NCBI GenBank assembly: GCA_002011495.1
Contig: MTNR01000024.1
Location: forward strand, 1-60,606
Source of the DNA: Dehalococcoides sp. JdFR-56
GTDB taxonomy: Bacteria > Chloroflexota > Dehalococcoidia > Dehalococcoidales > RBG-16-60-22
DNA length: 60,606 nucleotides
Reading direction: 5' to 3'
The notes beneath the pieces were generated by a model. It made no database searches. It had not been told where the DNA came from and worked only from the letters and a program-made list of their open reading frames with translations. This document shows, in pieces, positions 1-7,846 of the stretch (the first letter of the stretch is position 1; each line of letters begins with the position of its first letter). Position numbers and translations under genes: made by a program.

Positions 1-423
1 CTGCGCTGTGATTGTGGGGAGCAGATTCACCTGGCCATGAAGAGCATCGCCGAGGAAGGGCGGGGTGTCCTCCTCTACATGCGGCAGGAGGGGCGGGGCA
101 TTGGCATCCATAATAAGATCAGGGCTTATGCCCTTCAGGACAAGGGGCTGGACACCGTAGAGGCCAACCTCTCCCTGGGCTTTGCCCCCGACCTGCGCGA
201 CTATGGGGTGGGGGCCCAGATCCTGGCCGAGCTGGGATTGCATAATATCCGCCTGCTCACCAACAACCCCAAGAAAGTGGTCGGACTGGAAAGCTACGGG
301 CTTAAAGTGGTGGAGACGGTGCCGATCATCGCTCCCCCCAACCCCTTTAATTCCCGCTATCTCGAGACCAAGCGCAAGAAGCTGGGCCACCTGCTCAAAG
401 AGTGCGATATCACCCCCGAGTAA
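1..423 (+). CDS. ribBA: RibBA, C-terminal GTP cyclohydrolase II portion (5' end outside window)
   Basis: Frame 1 is open from base 1. [43 protein letters not shown] is the GTP cyclohydrolase II core. ribH follows. Confidence 0.85.
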   Translation: MRCDCGEQIHLAMKSIAEEGRGVLLYMRQEGRGIGIHNKIRAYALQDKGLDTVEANLSLGFAPDLRDYGVGAQILAELGLHNIRLLTNNPKKVVGLESYGLKVVETVPIIAPPNPFNSRYLETKRKKLGHLLKECDITPE

Positions 424-459
424 CCGGGGTTAAAGCAAACAAACGTAAGGAGAAGATAG

Positions 460-927
460 ATGGGCAAACGCTTTGAGGGCAAGCTGCTGGGACAGGGACT
501 GAAGTTTGGGCTGGTGGTTTCCCGTTTCAACGAGCTCTTCACCCAGAAACTGCTGGAGGGGGCACAGGATGCCCTGCTCCGCCACGGAGTGAGCGAGGAA
601 GACATTGAGGTTGCCTGGACACCCGGCTCGTTTGAGATTCCCTTGATCGCCCAGAAACTGGCCCAGTCCAAAAGGTATGATGCCATCATCTGCCTAGCCG
701 CGGTGATCCGCGGCGGCACGCCCCACTGGGAATACATCGCCGCTGAGGTTACCAAGGGCATCGCCAGAATCAGCCTGGAAACTGGGCTCCCGGTAATCAA
801 TGGCATCATCACCACGGATACCCTGGAGCAAGCCATTGAACGCTCTGGAACCAAGGCAGGCAACAAGGGCTTTCAGGCGGCGGTGGCGGCCATTGAGATG
901 GCCAATCTGGTCAAAGCCATAAGCTAG
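460..927 (+). CDS. ribH: 6,7-dimethyl-8-ribityllumazine synthase
   Basis: 155 aa. [10 protein letters not shown]...[10 protein letters not shown]...[14 protein letters not shown] is typical lumazine synthase. AAGGAGA RBS upstream. Confidence 0.95.
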   Translation: MGKRFEGKLLGQGLKFGLVVSRFNELFTQKLLEGAQDALLRHGVSEEDIEVAWTPGSFEIPLIAQKLAQSKRYDAIICLAAVIRGGTPHWEYIAAEVTKGIARISLETGLPVINGIITTDTLEQAIERSGTKAGNKGFQAAVAAIEMANLVKAIS

Positions 928-1040
928 CCCAAATCAGAGAGATAAACAGGACTTACCCCCCAGTGACCTCCGCCCGCTCCAACCTGACCACCGGAGCAGC
1001 CTGGCAGGACTATTCTTCAAGCAGCGGCCCGGGCGATGGC

Positions 1041-1295
1041 TCAGTCAGTAACCTTGTAGACGGTATCCCCCCGCCGCACCCGCTCGGGAACTTTGACCCC
1101 AACGGCGTCCCCGGCTTTGGCCTCGGTGACGTTCACGTTGTTGATCTGCATCGAGGTAACGGTAAGCTCCAGGTCCGTGGTGTGTCCTTTGATGTGGATG
1201 CGGTCACCCACTTTAAGCGGGGCGCTGAGCTCAATGCCGGCGACTACAGGGTGGGCAAAGAAGTCACTCACCTTTCCGATCTCTTCCTCAGGCAT
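1041..1295 (-). CDS. Small EF-Tu domain-2-like beta-barrel protein (elongation-factor-like, function unknown)
   Basis: 84 aa. GDRIHIKGHTTDLELTVTSMQINNVNVTEAKAGDAVGVKV resembles translation-factor domain II. GGAGGGAG RBS upstream. Confidence 0.6.
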   Translation of the reverse strand: MPEEEIGKVSDFFAHPVVAGIELSAPLKVGDRIHIKGHTTDLELTVTSMQINNVNVTEAKAGDAVGVKVPERVRRGDTVYKVTD

Positions 1296-1410
1296 CTCGC
1301 TCCCTCCTTAACAGCGGTCAAGGTAAGGTTCCTGTGTTTGCCATTATACTCTTCTAGCTCACACAAATCAATATAGAAGGGGAAAAGCTGTTTCAAGGCC
1401 CGCCCCATTT

Positions 1411-1439
1411 TTGACATATCGCCCTCTGATACGTATAAT
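1411..1439 (+). promoter_or_regulatory. Consensus sigma70-type promoter for the 76-aa ORF and bioY
   Basis: TTGACA (1411-1416), 17-nt spacer, TATAAT (1434-1439), read directly. Confidence 0.6.
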
Positions 1440-1469
1440 AAGTCTAATTATAGTTGGGAAGGTGACGCC

Positions 1470-1700
1470 TTGGCCGAGAATAATGAAGCCAGCTCCGTGG
1501 CTCAAGAAGTAGAGGCCGATATCGAGCGCCTCAAAAAGCGCCTGGATATGCTGGACCAGCGTCTGGATAATATTGACTCCATTGTTACCGCCGTTGCCGA
1601 GCGGGTGATGAAGCAGCCCATCACCTTCCGGGTAACCTGCTCCAACTGCGGACAGAACATAGAGATCGCCCTCATCGGCATAGAAAAGCCAAGGAGATAA
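1470..1700 (+). CDS. Hypothetical small protein (coiled-coil N-terminus, single CxxC)
   Basis: 76-aa ORF with TTG start, GGGAAGGTG RBS-like upstream, directly behind the consensus promoter and ahead of bioY. No family recognised. Confidence 0.45.
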   Translation: MAENNEASSVAQEVEADIERLKKRLDMLDQRLDNIDSIVTAVAERVMKQPITFRVTCSNCGQNIEIALIGIEKPRR

Positions 1701-1764
1701 CGCCACCTGCTCTTCCCTTGTGGGGGCAAAGCTAGCACCAAAATAAATAATGATGGAGGTGAAC

Positions 1765-2424
1765 ATGGCCATAGCCGCTAGTATCAACCAAGCCAAGTAT
1801 GAAATCTTCCGGTGGAGGTATGAGCTCAGCATCCCCAAGAAGCTGGCCCTAGCCCTGGGCATGGCCCTCCTTACCGGGCTTGCTGCCCAGGTCAGAATCC
1901 TGCTTCCCTGGAGCCCAGTACCAGTGACCGGGCAGACCTTTGCCGTGCTGCTCGCCGGCGTCCTGCTGGGGAGGTGGTGGGGAGGCGTCAGCCTGGGCCT
2001 CTACGCTGGGCTGGGCGCTGCCGGACTTCCCTGGTTTGCCGGCTGGGGCGGTGGGCTGGGATACATCGCCGGGCCCACCGGAGGATACATCATCGGCTTC
2101 ATCCTGGCCGCCCTTTTCCTGGGGCATTTCACCGACAAGTACATCCGCTCCCGGAGCTTCTTGAGCATGCTCGGCCTCATGCTCTTCGCCAACTTCGTCC
2201 TGATCTACATCCCTGGTCTCCTTCAGCTTGGTCTCTGGGTCAACCTGGTCAAAGGCGAGCCCACCAGCCTTTCCGGCCTGCTCATGATGGGAGCCATCCC
2301 CTTCATTGCCGGTGATATCACCAAGGCAGTGGCCGCGGCGGCTATCGCCAGAGGGATAACCCCCAAAACGGCCTACAATGGGGAAGTGGACAAAGATAAA
2401 TGGGCACACTGGCGCCTGCCCTGA
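1765..2424 (+). CDS. bioY: Biotin transporter BioY (ECF S-component)
   Basis: GQTFAVLLAGVLLG...GLPWFAG...GPTGGYIIGFI are BioY hallmarks. ATG 1765 is preceded by GGAGGTG; ATG 1750 is an alternative start. Confidence 0.85.
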   Translation: MAIAASINQAKYEIFRWRYELSIPKKLALALGMALLTGLAAQVRILLPWSPVPVTGQTFAVLLAGVLLGRWWGGVSLGLYAGLGAAGLPWFAGWGGGLGYIAGPTGGYIIGFILAALFLGHFTDKYIRSRSFLSMLGLMLFANFVLIYIPGLLQLGLWVNLVKGEPTSLSGLLMMGAIPFIAGDITKAVAAAAIARGITPKTAYNGEVDKDKWAHWRLP

Positions 2425-2458
2425 ACATATTCTCAGCGGAAAGGAAAGATTTATCACT

Positions 2459-3604
2459 CTAGCCTGAGCGAGTAAGCCAGCCGAAGGAAACTGTCCCCGC
2501 CAGCATCACCATGGCGCCGAAGTAGAACACCGAGTTGATATCGGCGAGGTCAGCTATGGCTCCGCCCAGAAGCGGCCCCACCGCCATGCCGATGCTGAGG
2601 GCCATGGAGAACATGGCGATAGCTGAGCCCATGCCATACTTCCTGCCCTCCTCCACGGTGAGCGCGGAAGCGGCGGCCACCGAAGCGGCGCTGCCCAGAC
2701 TGCCCAGAATACATAGCATCACTAGCTGCCAGAAGTTACCTGCCAGCGGAATCAAGGTCAGGTAGCTGAAGCTGGCAAGAGAGCCAATAACCACCATCGC
2801 CCTCCGGCTGACCCGGTCAGCCAGCCGCCCGAAAGGAACGCCGAGTAGCGACGAGAGCAAAAGATAAACCGCCAGCAAAACGCCGACGAGCGAGGGACTC
2901 AAGCCAAGGCTGGTGGTCGCCAGGATGGGGAGGAAAGTAAAGAAAGCGGCCCGCCCCAGGGTGAGCGCCAGACGAAAGCTGAAGAGGCCGGTCATGGTGC
3001 CGCTCCGCCCCATCTCCCTCCAAGATAAATGGGGCCTGGCGGCCAGCTTCCTGCGGCTGATCTCAGGGAGAAAGAGCGCGGCGATGCCAAAGGCCAGCAG
3101 GCTAAGCCCTCCCATGGCGAGGAAGGCAGAATTCATCCCCAGCTGCTCGGTCAAGACTCCGCCCATCAGTGGCCCAAAACCATACCCGCTGAAAAAAGCG
3201 GCGTTGGCGTAACCCATCCATTTCCCCTCCTCACCCTCAGGGGAGATGTCCCCAATGTAAGCCTGGGCGATGGGCAGGATGAGGCCTCCCGCCACCCCGT
3301 GCAGCAGGCGAATCATGACCAATAAGGGAACGCTATCCGCCCAGATGAAACCCAAGGCGATGACGCCATAGAAAAAGAGGCCGATGACAATAAACGGCTT
3401 GCGGCCAGTGCGGTCGGAAAGATGACCAAAGATGGGGGTGGCTATGGTGCGGGAAATGGCAAACCCGGCAAAAATCGCCCCCAACCAGAAGCCGCTTGCC
3501 CCCAGGCTCTCCGCGTAGAGCGGCAGCAGCGGGATGACTATCCCTGCGCCCAGCATGCAGGCGAAGATGGAGACCGCCAGAATGGGAAAGACTCTTCTTA
3601 TCAT
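2459..3604 (-). CDS. MFS transporter
   Basis: 381 aa, about 12 hydrophobic segments, MFS motif A GHLSDRTGRKP. Confidence 0.85.
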   Translation of the reverse strand: MIRRVFPILAVSIFACMLGAGIVIPLLPLYAESLGASGFWLGAIFAGFAISRTIATPIFGHLSDRTGRKPFIVIGLFFYGVIALGFIWADSVPLLVMIRLLHGVAGGLILPIAQAYIGDISPEGEEGKWMGYANAAFFSGYGFGPLMGGVLTEQLGMNSAFLAMGGLSLLAFGIAALFLPEISRRKLAARPHLSWREMGRSGTMTGLFSFRLALTLGRAAFFTFLPILATTSLGLSPSLVGVLLAVYLLLSSLLGVPFGRLADRVSRRAMVVIGSLASFSYLTLIPLAGNFWQLVMLCILGSLGSAASVAAASALTVEEGRKYGMGSAIAMFSMALSIGMAVGPLLGGAIADLADINSVFYFGAMVMLAGTVSFGWLTRSG

Positions 3605-3652
3605 GCAGACCTGATGATTATAGCCTTTGGCAGCCCGCCACTACAAGGCTGA

Positions 3653-3682
3653 TTGCACTAGAGCCCCCATAGCTGGTATAAT
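3653..3682 (+). promoter_or_regulatory. Putative thrS promoter
   Basis: TTGCAC (3653-3658), 18-nt spacer, TATAAT (3677-3682). Confidence 0.45.
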
Positions 3683-3712
3683 AAAGGCGGTGCTGTCAAG
3701 CGAGGTAGTGAT

Positions 3713-3748
3713 AGCCTCTCGTCCCCCTCTAGGGTGAGAGGTTTTGCT
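3713..3748 (+). terminator. Terminator-like hairpin in the thrS leader (candidate attenuator)
   Basis: CCTCTCGTCC (3715-3724) pairs with GGGTGAGAGG (3732-3741), two of the pairs being G-U. Loop is 7 nt. TTTTGCTT follows. It lies between the putative promoter and the GTG start at 3766. Confidence 0.4.
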
Positions 3749-3765
3749 TATAGGGGGCGTAAATC

Positions 3766-5523
3766 GTGACGAGCAAAAAGCAGGCCGAAGAGGAAAAGCT
3801 GGAGAGGATGCGCCATTCCGCCTCCCACGTTATGGCGGAAGCGGTTCAGTCTATCTTCCCTGAGGCCAAGTTCGGCATCGGCCCTCCCATTGAGGACGGC
3901 TTCTACTATGACTTTGACCTCCCCCGCCCGCTCACCCCAGATGACTTGCCGGACATTGAGGACAAGATGCGGGAGATAATCAAAGCAAATCAGCCCTTCA
4001 TCAGGCGGGAGGTAACCAAGGAAGAGGCGAGGAAACTGTTTAGCGCCCAGCCCTACAAGCTGGAGCTGATTGAGGAGCTTCCCGATGACAAGCTCAGTTT
4101 GTATCAGCAGGGCGCGTTCCTCGATTTGTGTCGCGGGCCTCACCTCAATTCCACTGGGGAGATAAAAGCCTTCAAATTGCTCAACATCGCCGGGGCCTAC
4201 TGGCGTGGTGATGAGCGCCGCCCCATGCTGCAGCGGATATATGGTGTCGCCTTTGATACCCAGGAAGCTCTGGAGGAACACCTGAAAAGGCTTGAGGAGG
4301 CTGCCCGGCGCGACCACCGCAAGCTGGGCAAAGAGCTTGACCTCTTCAGCATCCAGGATGAATTTGGCCCGGGGTTGGTTCTTTGGCATCCCAAGGGAGC
4401 CATCATCCGCCGCCAGATTGAGGATTTCTGGAAGGATGAACATGCCAAGCGTGGCTATGAGCTCGTCTATACCCCGCATCTTGCCCGCATAGATCTGTGG
4501 CGCACCAGCGGACACCTGGAGTTCTACCAGGATTATCTCTACAGCCCCATGGACGTGGAGGGGCAGAAATACATCTTGAAGCCGATGAACTGCCTGGGGC
4601 ACATCCTGATCTATAAAACCAAGCTGCGCAGCTACCGAGAGCTCCCCATACGTTATGCCGAACTGGGCACGGTCTACCGTTATGAGCGCTCCGGGGTGCT
4701 CCATGGGCTATCCCGGGTGAGGGGCTTTACCCAGGATGATGCCCATATCTTCTGCCGCCCTGACCAGCTGGAGGAAGAGGTGATAAGCGTGCTGGAGCTG
4801 GCGCTCTTCATGATTGACACCTTTGGCTTCTCCAATTACCAGCTCCTGCTCTCCACCCGCCCGGAGAAATACGCCGGCACGGTGGAGGCCTGGGATGAGG
4901 CGACCGATATCCTGCGCCGGGCCCTGGAGCGTTCCGGGCTTAAATATGATATTGACCCAGGGGAGGGTGTCTTTTACGGGCCGAAGATAGACATCAAGTT
5001 TGAGAGCGCCTTGGGCAAAGCCTGGCAGGGGCCGACGATTCAGGTTGATTTTAACCTGCCCTCACGCTTTGATGTCACCTACATCGGGGAGGATGGTAAG
5101 GAGCACACCGTGGTCATGGTGCATCGCACCGTGCTGGGCAGTATGGAGCGCTTCCTGGCCACTCTTCTAGAGCACTACGGCGGCGCCTTCCCCGTCTGGC
5201 TGGCACCGGTTCAAGTGAGGGTGATTCCCGTGGCCGACCGTCACCTTGAGTACGCAGATAAACTTGAGACCGAGCTCAAAAATGCGGGGATACGCGCCGA
5301 GGTTGACCGCCGGGCGGAAAGGATAAACCAGAAAATCCGTCAGGCGCAGCTGGAAAAGGTGCCCTACATGCTGGTGGTGGGTGATAAGGAGGTGGCGAGC
5401 TCCACGGTGTCTCTCCGCCTGCGCAGCGGGGAGCAGCTGGCTAGCTTATCCCTTGAGCGCTTCAAGGAGGCGGCGAAGAAGGCCATCGCCAGCAGGGCAA
5501 AGGATGTAGCCATACCGGGATGA
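3766..5523 (+). CDS. thrS: Threonine--tRNA ligase (short form, no N-terminal TGS domain)
   Basis: 585 aa. HSASHVMAEAV editing-domain motif, class II core (YRYERSG, GFTQDDAHIF) and anticodon-binding domain. GTG start. Confidence 0.95.
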   Translation: MTSKKQAEEEKLERMRHSASHVMAEAVQSIFPEAKFGIGPPIEDGFYYDFDLPRPLTPDDLPDIEDKMREIIKANQPFIRREVTKEEARKLFSAQPYKLELIEELPDDKLSLYQQGAFLDLCRGPHLNSTGEIKAFKLLNIAGAYWRGDERRPMLQRIYGVAFDTQEALEEHLKRLEEAARRDHRKLGKELDLFSIQDEFGPGLVLWHPKGAIIRRQIEDFWKDEHAKRGYELVYTPHLARIDLWRTSGHLEFYQDYLYSPMDVEGQKYILKPMNCLGHILIYKTKLRSYRELPIRYAELGTVYRYERSGVLHGLSRVRGFTQDDAHIFCRPDQLEEEVISVLELALFMIDTFGFSNYQLLLSTRPEKYAGTVEAWDEATDILRRALERSGLKYDIDPGEGVFYGPKIDIKFESALGKAWQGPTIQVDFNLPSRFDVTYIGEDGKEHTVVMVHRTVLGSMERFLATLLEHYGGAFPVWLAPVQVRVIPVADRHLEYADKLETELKNAGIRAEVDRRAERINQKIRQAQLEKVPYMLVVGDKEVASSTVSLRLRSGEQLASLSLERFKEAAKKAIASRAKDVAIPG

Positions 5524-5524
5524 T

Positions 5525-5553
5525 TTGATTCCTGAACCAAAAAATGGTATAGT
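5525..5553 (+). promoter_or_regulatory. Putative infC-rpmI-rplT promoter
   Basis: TTGATT (5525-5530), 17-nt spacer, TATAGT (5548-5553). Confidence 0.45.
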
Positions 5554-5601
5554 TTTTCTTCGTAAGACACCGCGGGCCTGGAGGAGGTAAAAGAGGACAT
5601 A

Positions 5602-6168
5602 ATTAAACGACTGCGCGTCAACGAGATGATAGTAGCTCGAGAGGTGCGTCTGGTGGGGGAAAAGGGGGAGCAGTTGGGGATTATGCCCTTGAGCCAGGCA
5701 CAGGAGATAGCCAGAAAGCATAACCTTGACCTGGTGGAGGTAGCTCCTACCGCGGTGCCACCGGTGTGCCGCCTTCTCGACTACGGCAAGTATAAGTATC
5801 AGCAGGCCAAGAAAGAGCAGGAGATAAGGAAGAGCCAGAAGGTCACCCTGCTCCGAGAGATACGGCTGCGGCCTAAGATCGGTGACCATGATTTTGAGGC
5901 CAAAGCCAGGTCTGCCCGCAAGTTGCTCGCTGACGGGGCCAAGGTCAAGGTGACCGTGCTCTTCCGGGGGCGGGAGGTCACCCACCCCGAACTTGGCTGG
6001 AAGCTGCTGCAGCGGATGGCCGAGACGCTGAGTGATGCCGGCTACCCGGAGCGCCAACCGGTGCTAGAGGGGAAACGGATGGACATCATCCTGGCCCCAG
6101 CGACCGCCAAAACCAAAGCCAAGGAAAAGGTAAAGGAAGCCGAAGATGCCAAAACTGAAAACGCATAA
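5602..6168 (+). CDS. infC: Translation initiation factor IF-3, probable non-canonical ATT/ATA start
   Basis: IF-3 sequence [18 protein letters not shown]. The conserved N-terminal I-K-R-L-R-V-N-E lies upstream of the first ATG (5626). In-frame ATA 5599 and ATT 5602 sit 9-12 nt after GGAGGAGGT. Confidence 0.85.
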   Translation: MKRLRVNEMIVAREVRLVGEKGEQLGIMPLSQAQEIARKHNLDLVEVAPTAVPPVCRLLDYGKYKYQQAKKEQEIRKSQKVTLLREIRLRPKIGDHDFEAKARSARKLLADGAKVKVTVLFRGREVTHPELGWKLLQRMAETLSDAGYPERQPVLEGKRMDIILAPATAKTKAKEKVKEAEDAKTENA

Positions 6169-6349
6169 GGGGGCAAAGAGCCGCTTCCATATCACCGGCA
6201 GTGGCAAAATCCTGCGCATTAAGGGGCCGAAAAGCCACCTGCGCCGCCGCAAGGCCAAGCGAGTAAAGCGCCTCTTTGATGAGAAAGTGGCCCTGCACCC
6301 CGCTGACCGCACCAGAGTGAGAAGACTGATACCATACGGAGTTGGCTAG
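6146..6349 (+). CDS. rpmI: 50S ribosomal protein L35
   Basis: [21 protein letters not shown] is the canonical L35 N-terminus. Overlaps the infC end. Confidence 0.95.
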   Translation: MPKLKTHKGAKSRFHITGSGKILRIKGPKSHLRRRKAKRVKRLFDEKVALHPADRTRVRRLIPYGVG

Positions 6350-6365
6350 ATAGGAGGGAGCATTC

Positions 6366-6725
6366 TTGCCAAGAGTTAAGCGAGGTTTAACCACACACCG
6401 CCGGCACAAGAAGATATTGGCCATGACCAAGGGGCACCGGGCAACCAAGCACTCCCTCTACCGCCGGGCCAATGAGTCCATGCTCAAGTCACTGAGCTAC
6501 GCCTACGCCCACCGCCGGGAGCGCAAGGGCGATATGAGAAGGCTGTGGATTCTGCGCATCAACGCCGCCGTCCGCGCCCATGGTCTCAAATACGGCCAAT
6601 TTATGAACAGCTTGAGAAGGTCTGGGATTGAGGTCAACCGCAAGATGCTCGCCGATATGGCGGTGAGAGAACCGGATGCCTTCGCCAGCCTGATCACCAT
6701 AGCTCAAGAGAAAACCCAGGCCTGA
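6366..6725 (+). CDS. rplT: 50S ribosomal protein L20
   Basis: MPRVKRGLTTHRRHKKIL is the canonical L20 N-terminus. TTG start. Confidence 0.95.
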   Translation: MPRVKRGLTTHRRHKKILAMTKGHRATKHSLYRRANESMLKSLSYAYAHRRERKGDMRRLWILRINAAVRAHGLKYGQFMNSLRRSGIEVNRKMLADMAVREPDAFASLITIAQEKTQA

Positions 6726-6799
6726 AATAAGGTCACTAGAGCCCGCTACTTCATGCCTTAAACCTGCGCTCAGTTGGGGAGAAAAACCCAGATAGCAAG

Positions 6800-7837
6800 A
6801 TGTTGCCACAGCTTGAAGAACTGAGGTCAAAAGCGCTGCAGGAGCTAGCCAGCATTGACGACGCCAGGGAGCTGGAATCCTGGCGGGTTCGCTACTTGGG
6901 CAAGAAAAGCAAACTAACCACGATACTGCGCAGCCTGGCGACATTACCCCTCGAGGAGAGGCGAACGGTTGGCGCCCGGGCCAACGAACTCAAGACAGAG
7001 CTGGAAAACGGCCTGCGGCAGAAAGAGGAGGCGCTGCGCGAGGCGGAGCTAGCCAAGGGCGCCAAGCAGGAAACTATTGATATTACCCTCCCTGGCCGTC
7101 CCCTGCCCATCGGGCGCCTGCACCCGATCACCCAGACCTTAAACGAGATATGCGAGATATTTGCTTCCATGGGCTTTGGAATCGTGGAGGGGCCGGACGT
7201 GGAGTGGGATTACTATAATTTTGAGGCACTAAACATCCCACAGGAGCACCCAGCCCGCGATACCATGTCCACCTGCTGGCTGGAGCAGCAAAAGAGCGAT
7301 AAGCAGGCCATGCTCCTGCGCACCCACACCACCGCGGTCACCGCCAGGGTGATTGAGAGCATGGAGCCACCTATCAGGGTGATTGAGCCGGGCAAGGTCT
7401 ACCGCTACGAGGCCAGCGATGCCACCCACGTCCCCATGTTCCACCAGATTGATGGCGTCGCCGTGGATAAGGGCATCACCATGGCTGACCTCAAGGGCAC
7501 CCTCTACGAGTTCGCCCGCCGCTTCTTCGGTGAGGAGCGGAAGGTGCGCTTCCGCTGCGACTACTTCCCCTTCGTTGAGCCGGGCGTTGAGATGGCCATT
7601 GAGTGTCTGGTCTGCAATGGCCGTGGTTGCCGGGTGTGTGGCCAGAGCGGCTGGATTGAGATACTGGGCGCCGGGATGACCCATCCGCAGGTGCTTGAGC
7701 GCGGCGGCATTGACCCAGAAGTTTACCAGAGCTTTGCCTTCGGCATCGGCATTGAGCGCCTGCCCATGCTGCGCTACGGCATTGACGATATCCGGCTATT
7801 CTACTCGAGTGACCTCAGGTTTTTGAGGCAATTCTAG
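6800..7837 (+). CDS. pheS: Phenylalanine--tRNA ligase alpha subunit
   Basis: 345 aa, class II core ([23 protein letters not shown]). Confidence 0.95.
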   Translation: MLPQLEELRSKALQELASIDDARELESWRVRYLGKKSKLTTILRSLATLPLEERRTVGARANELKTELENGLRQKEEALREAELAKGAKQETIDITLPGRPLPIGRLHPITQTLNEICEIFASMGFGIVEGPDVEWDYYNFEALNIPQEHPARDTMSTCWLEQQKSDKQAMLLRTHTTAVTARVIESMEPPIRVIEPGKVYRYEASDATHVPMFHQIDGVAVDKGITMADLKGTLYEFARRFFGEERKVRFRCDYFPFVEPGVEMAIECLVCNGRGCRVCGQSGWIEILGAGMTHPQVLERGGIDPEVYQSFAFGIGIERLPMLRYGIDDIRLFYSSDLRFLRQF

Positions 7838-7846
7838 GTTGGTGAA

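Noticed and set aside
3605-3765. T-box riboswitch upstream of thrS. The same question was checked for the leaders of pheS (6726-6799), proS (12711-12831) and metG (28706-28736).
   Set aside because: The leaders are only 30-160 nt. There is no stem I/specifier architecture and no AGGGUGGNACCGCG T-box sequence. The TAGGGTG in the thrS leader forms the 3' arm of the terminator stem, which is the opposite of T-box topology.
3748-4704. 318-aa ORF antisense to thrS. Similar long shadow ORFs include 357-866, 1849-2457, 5446-6057, 7834-8424, 20438-21103, 25494-26015, 31419-31982, 36275-36856, 38276-38992, 42877-43398, 56271-57011 and 58607-59137.
   Set aside because: Each lies entirely opposite or out of frame to a gene with unmistakable family motifs. 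The translations are low-complexity Arg/Pro/Gly/Leu-rich, as expected from GC-rich antisense frames, and none has an RBS or a recognisable domain.
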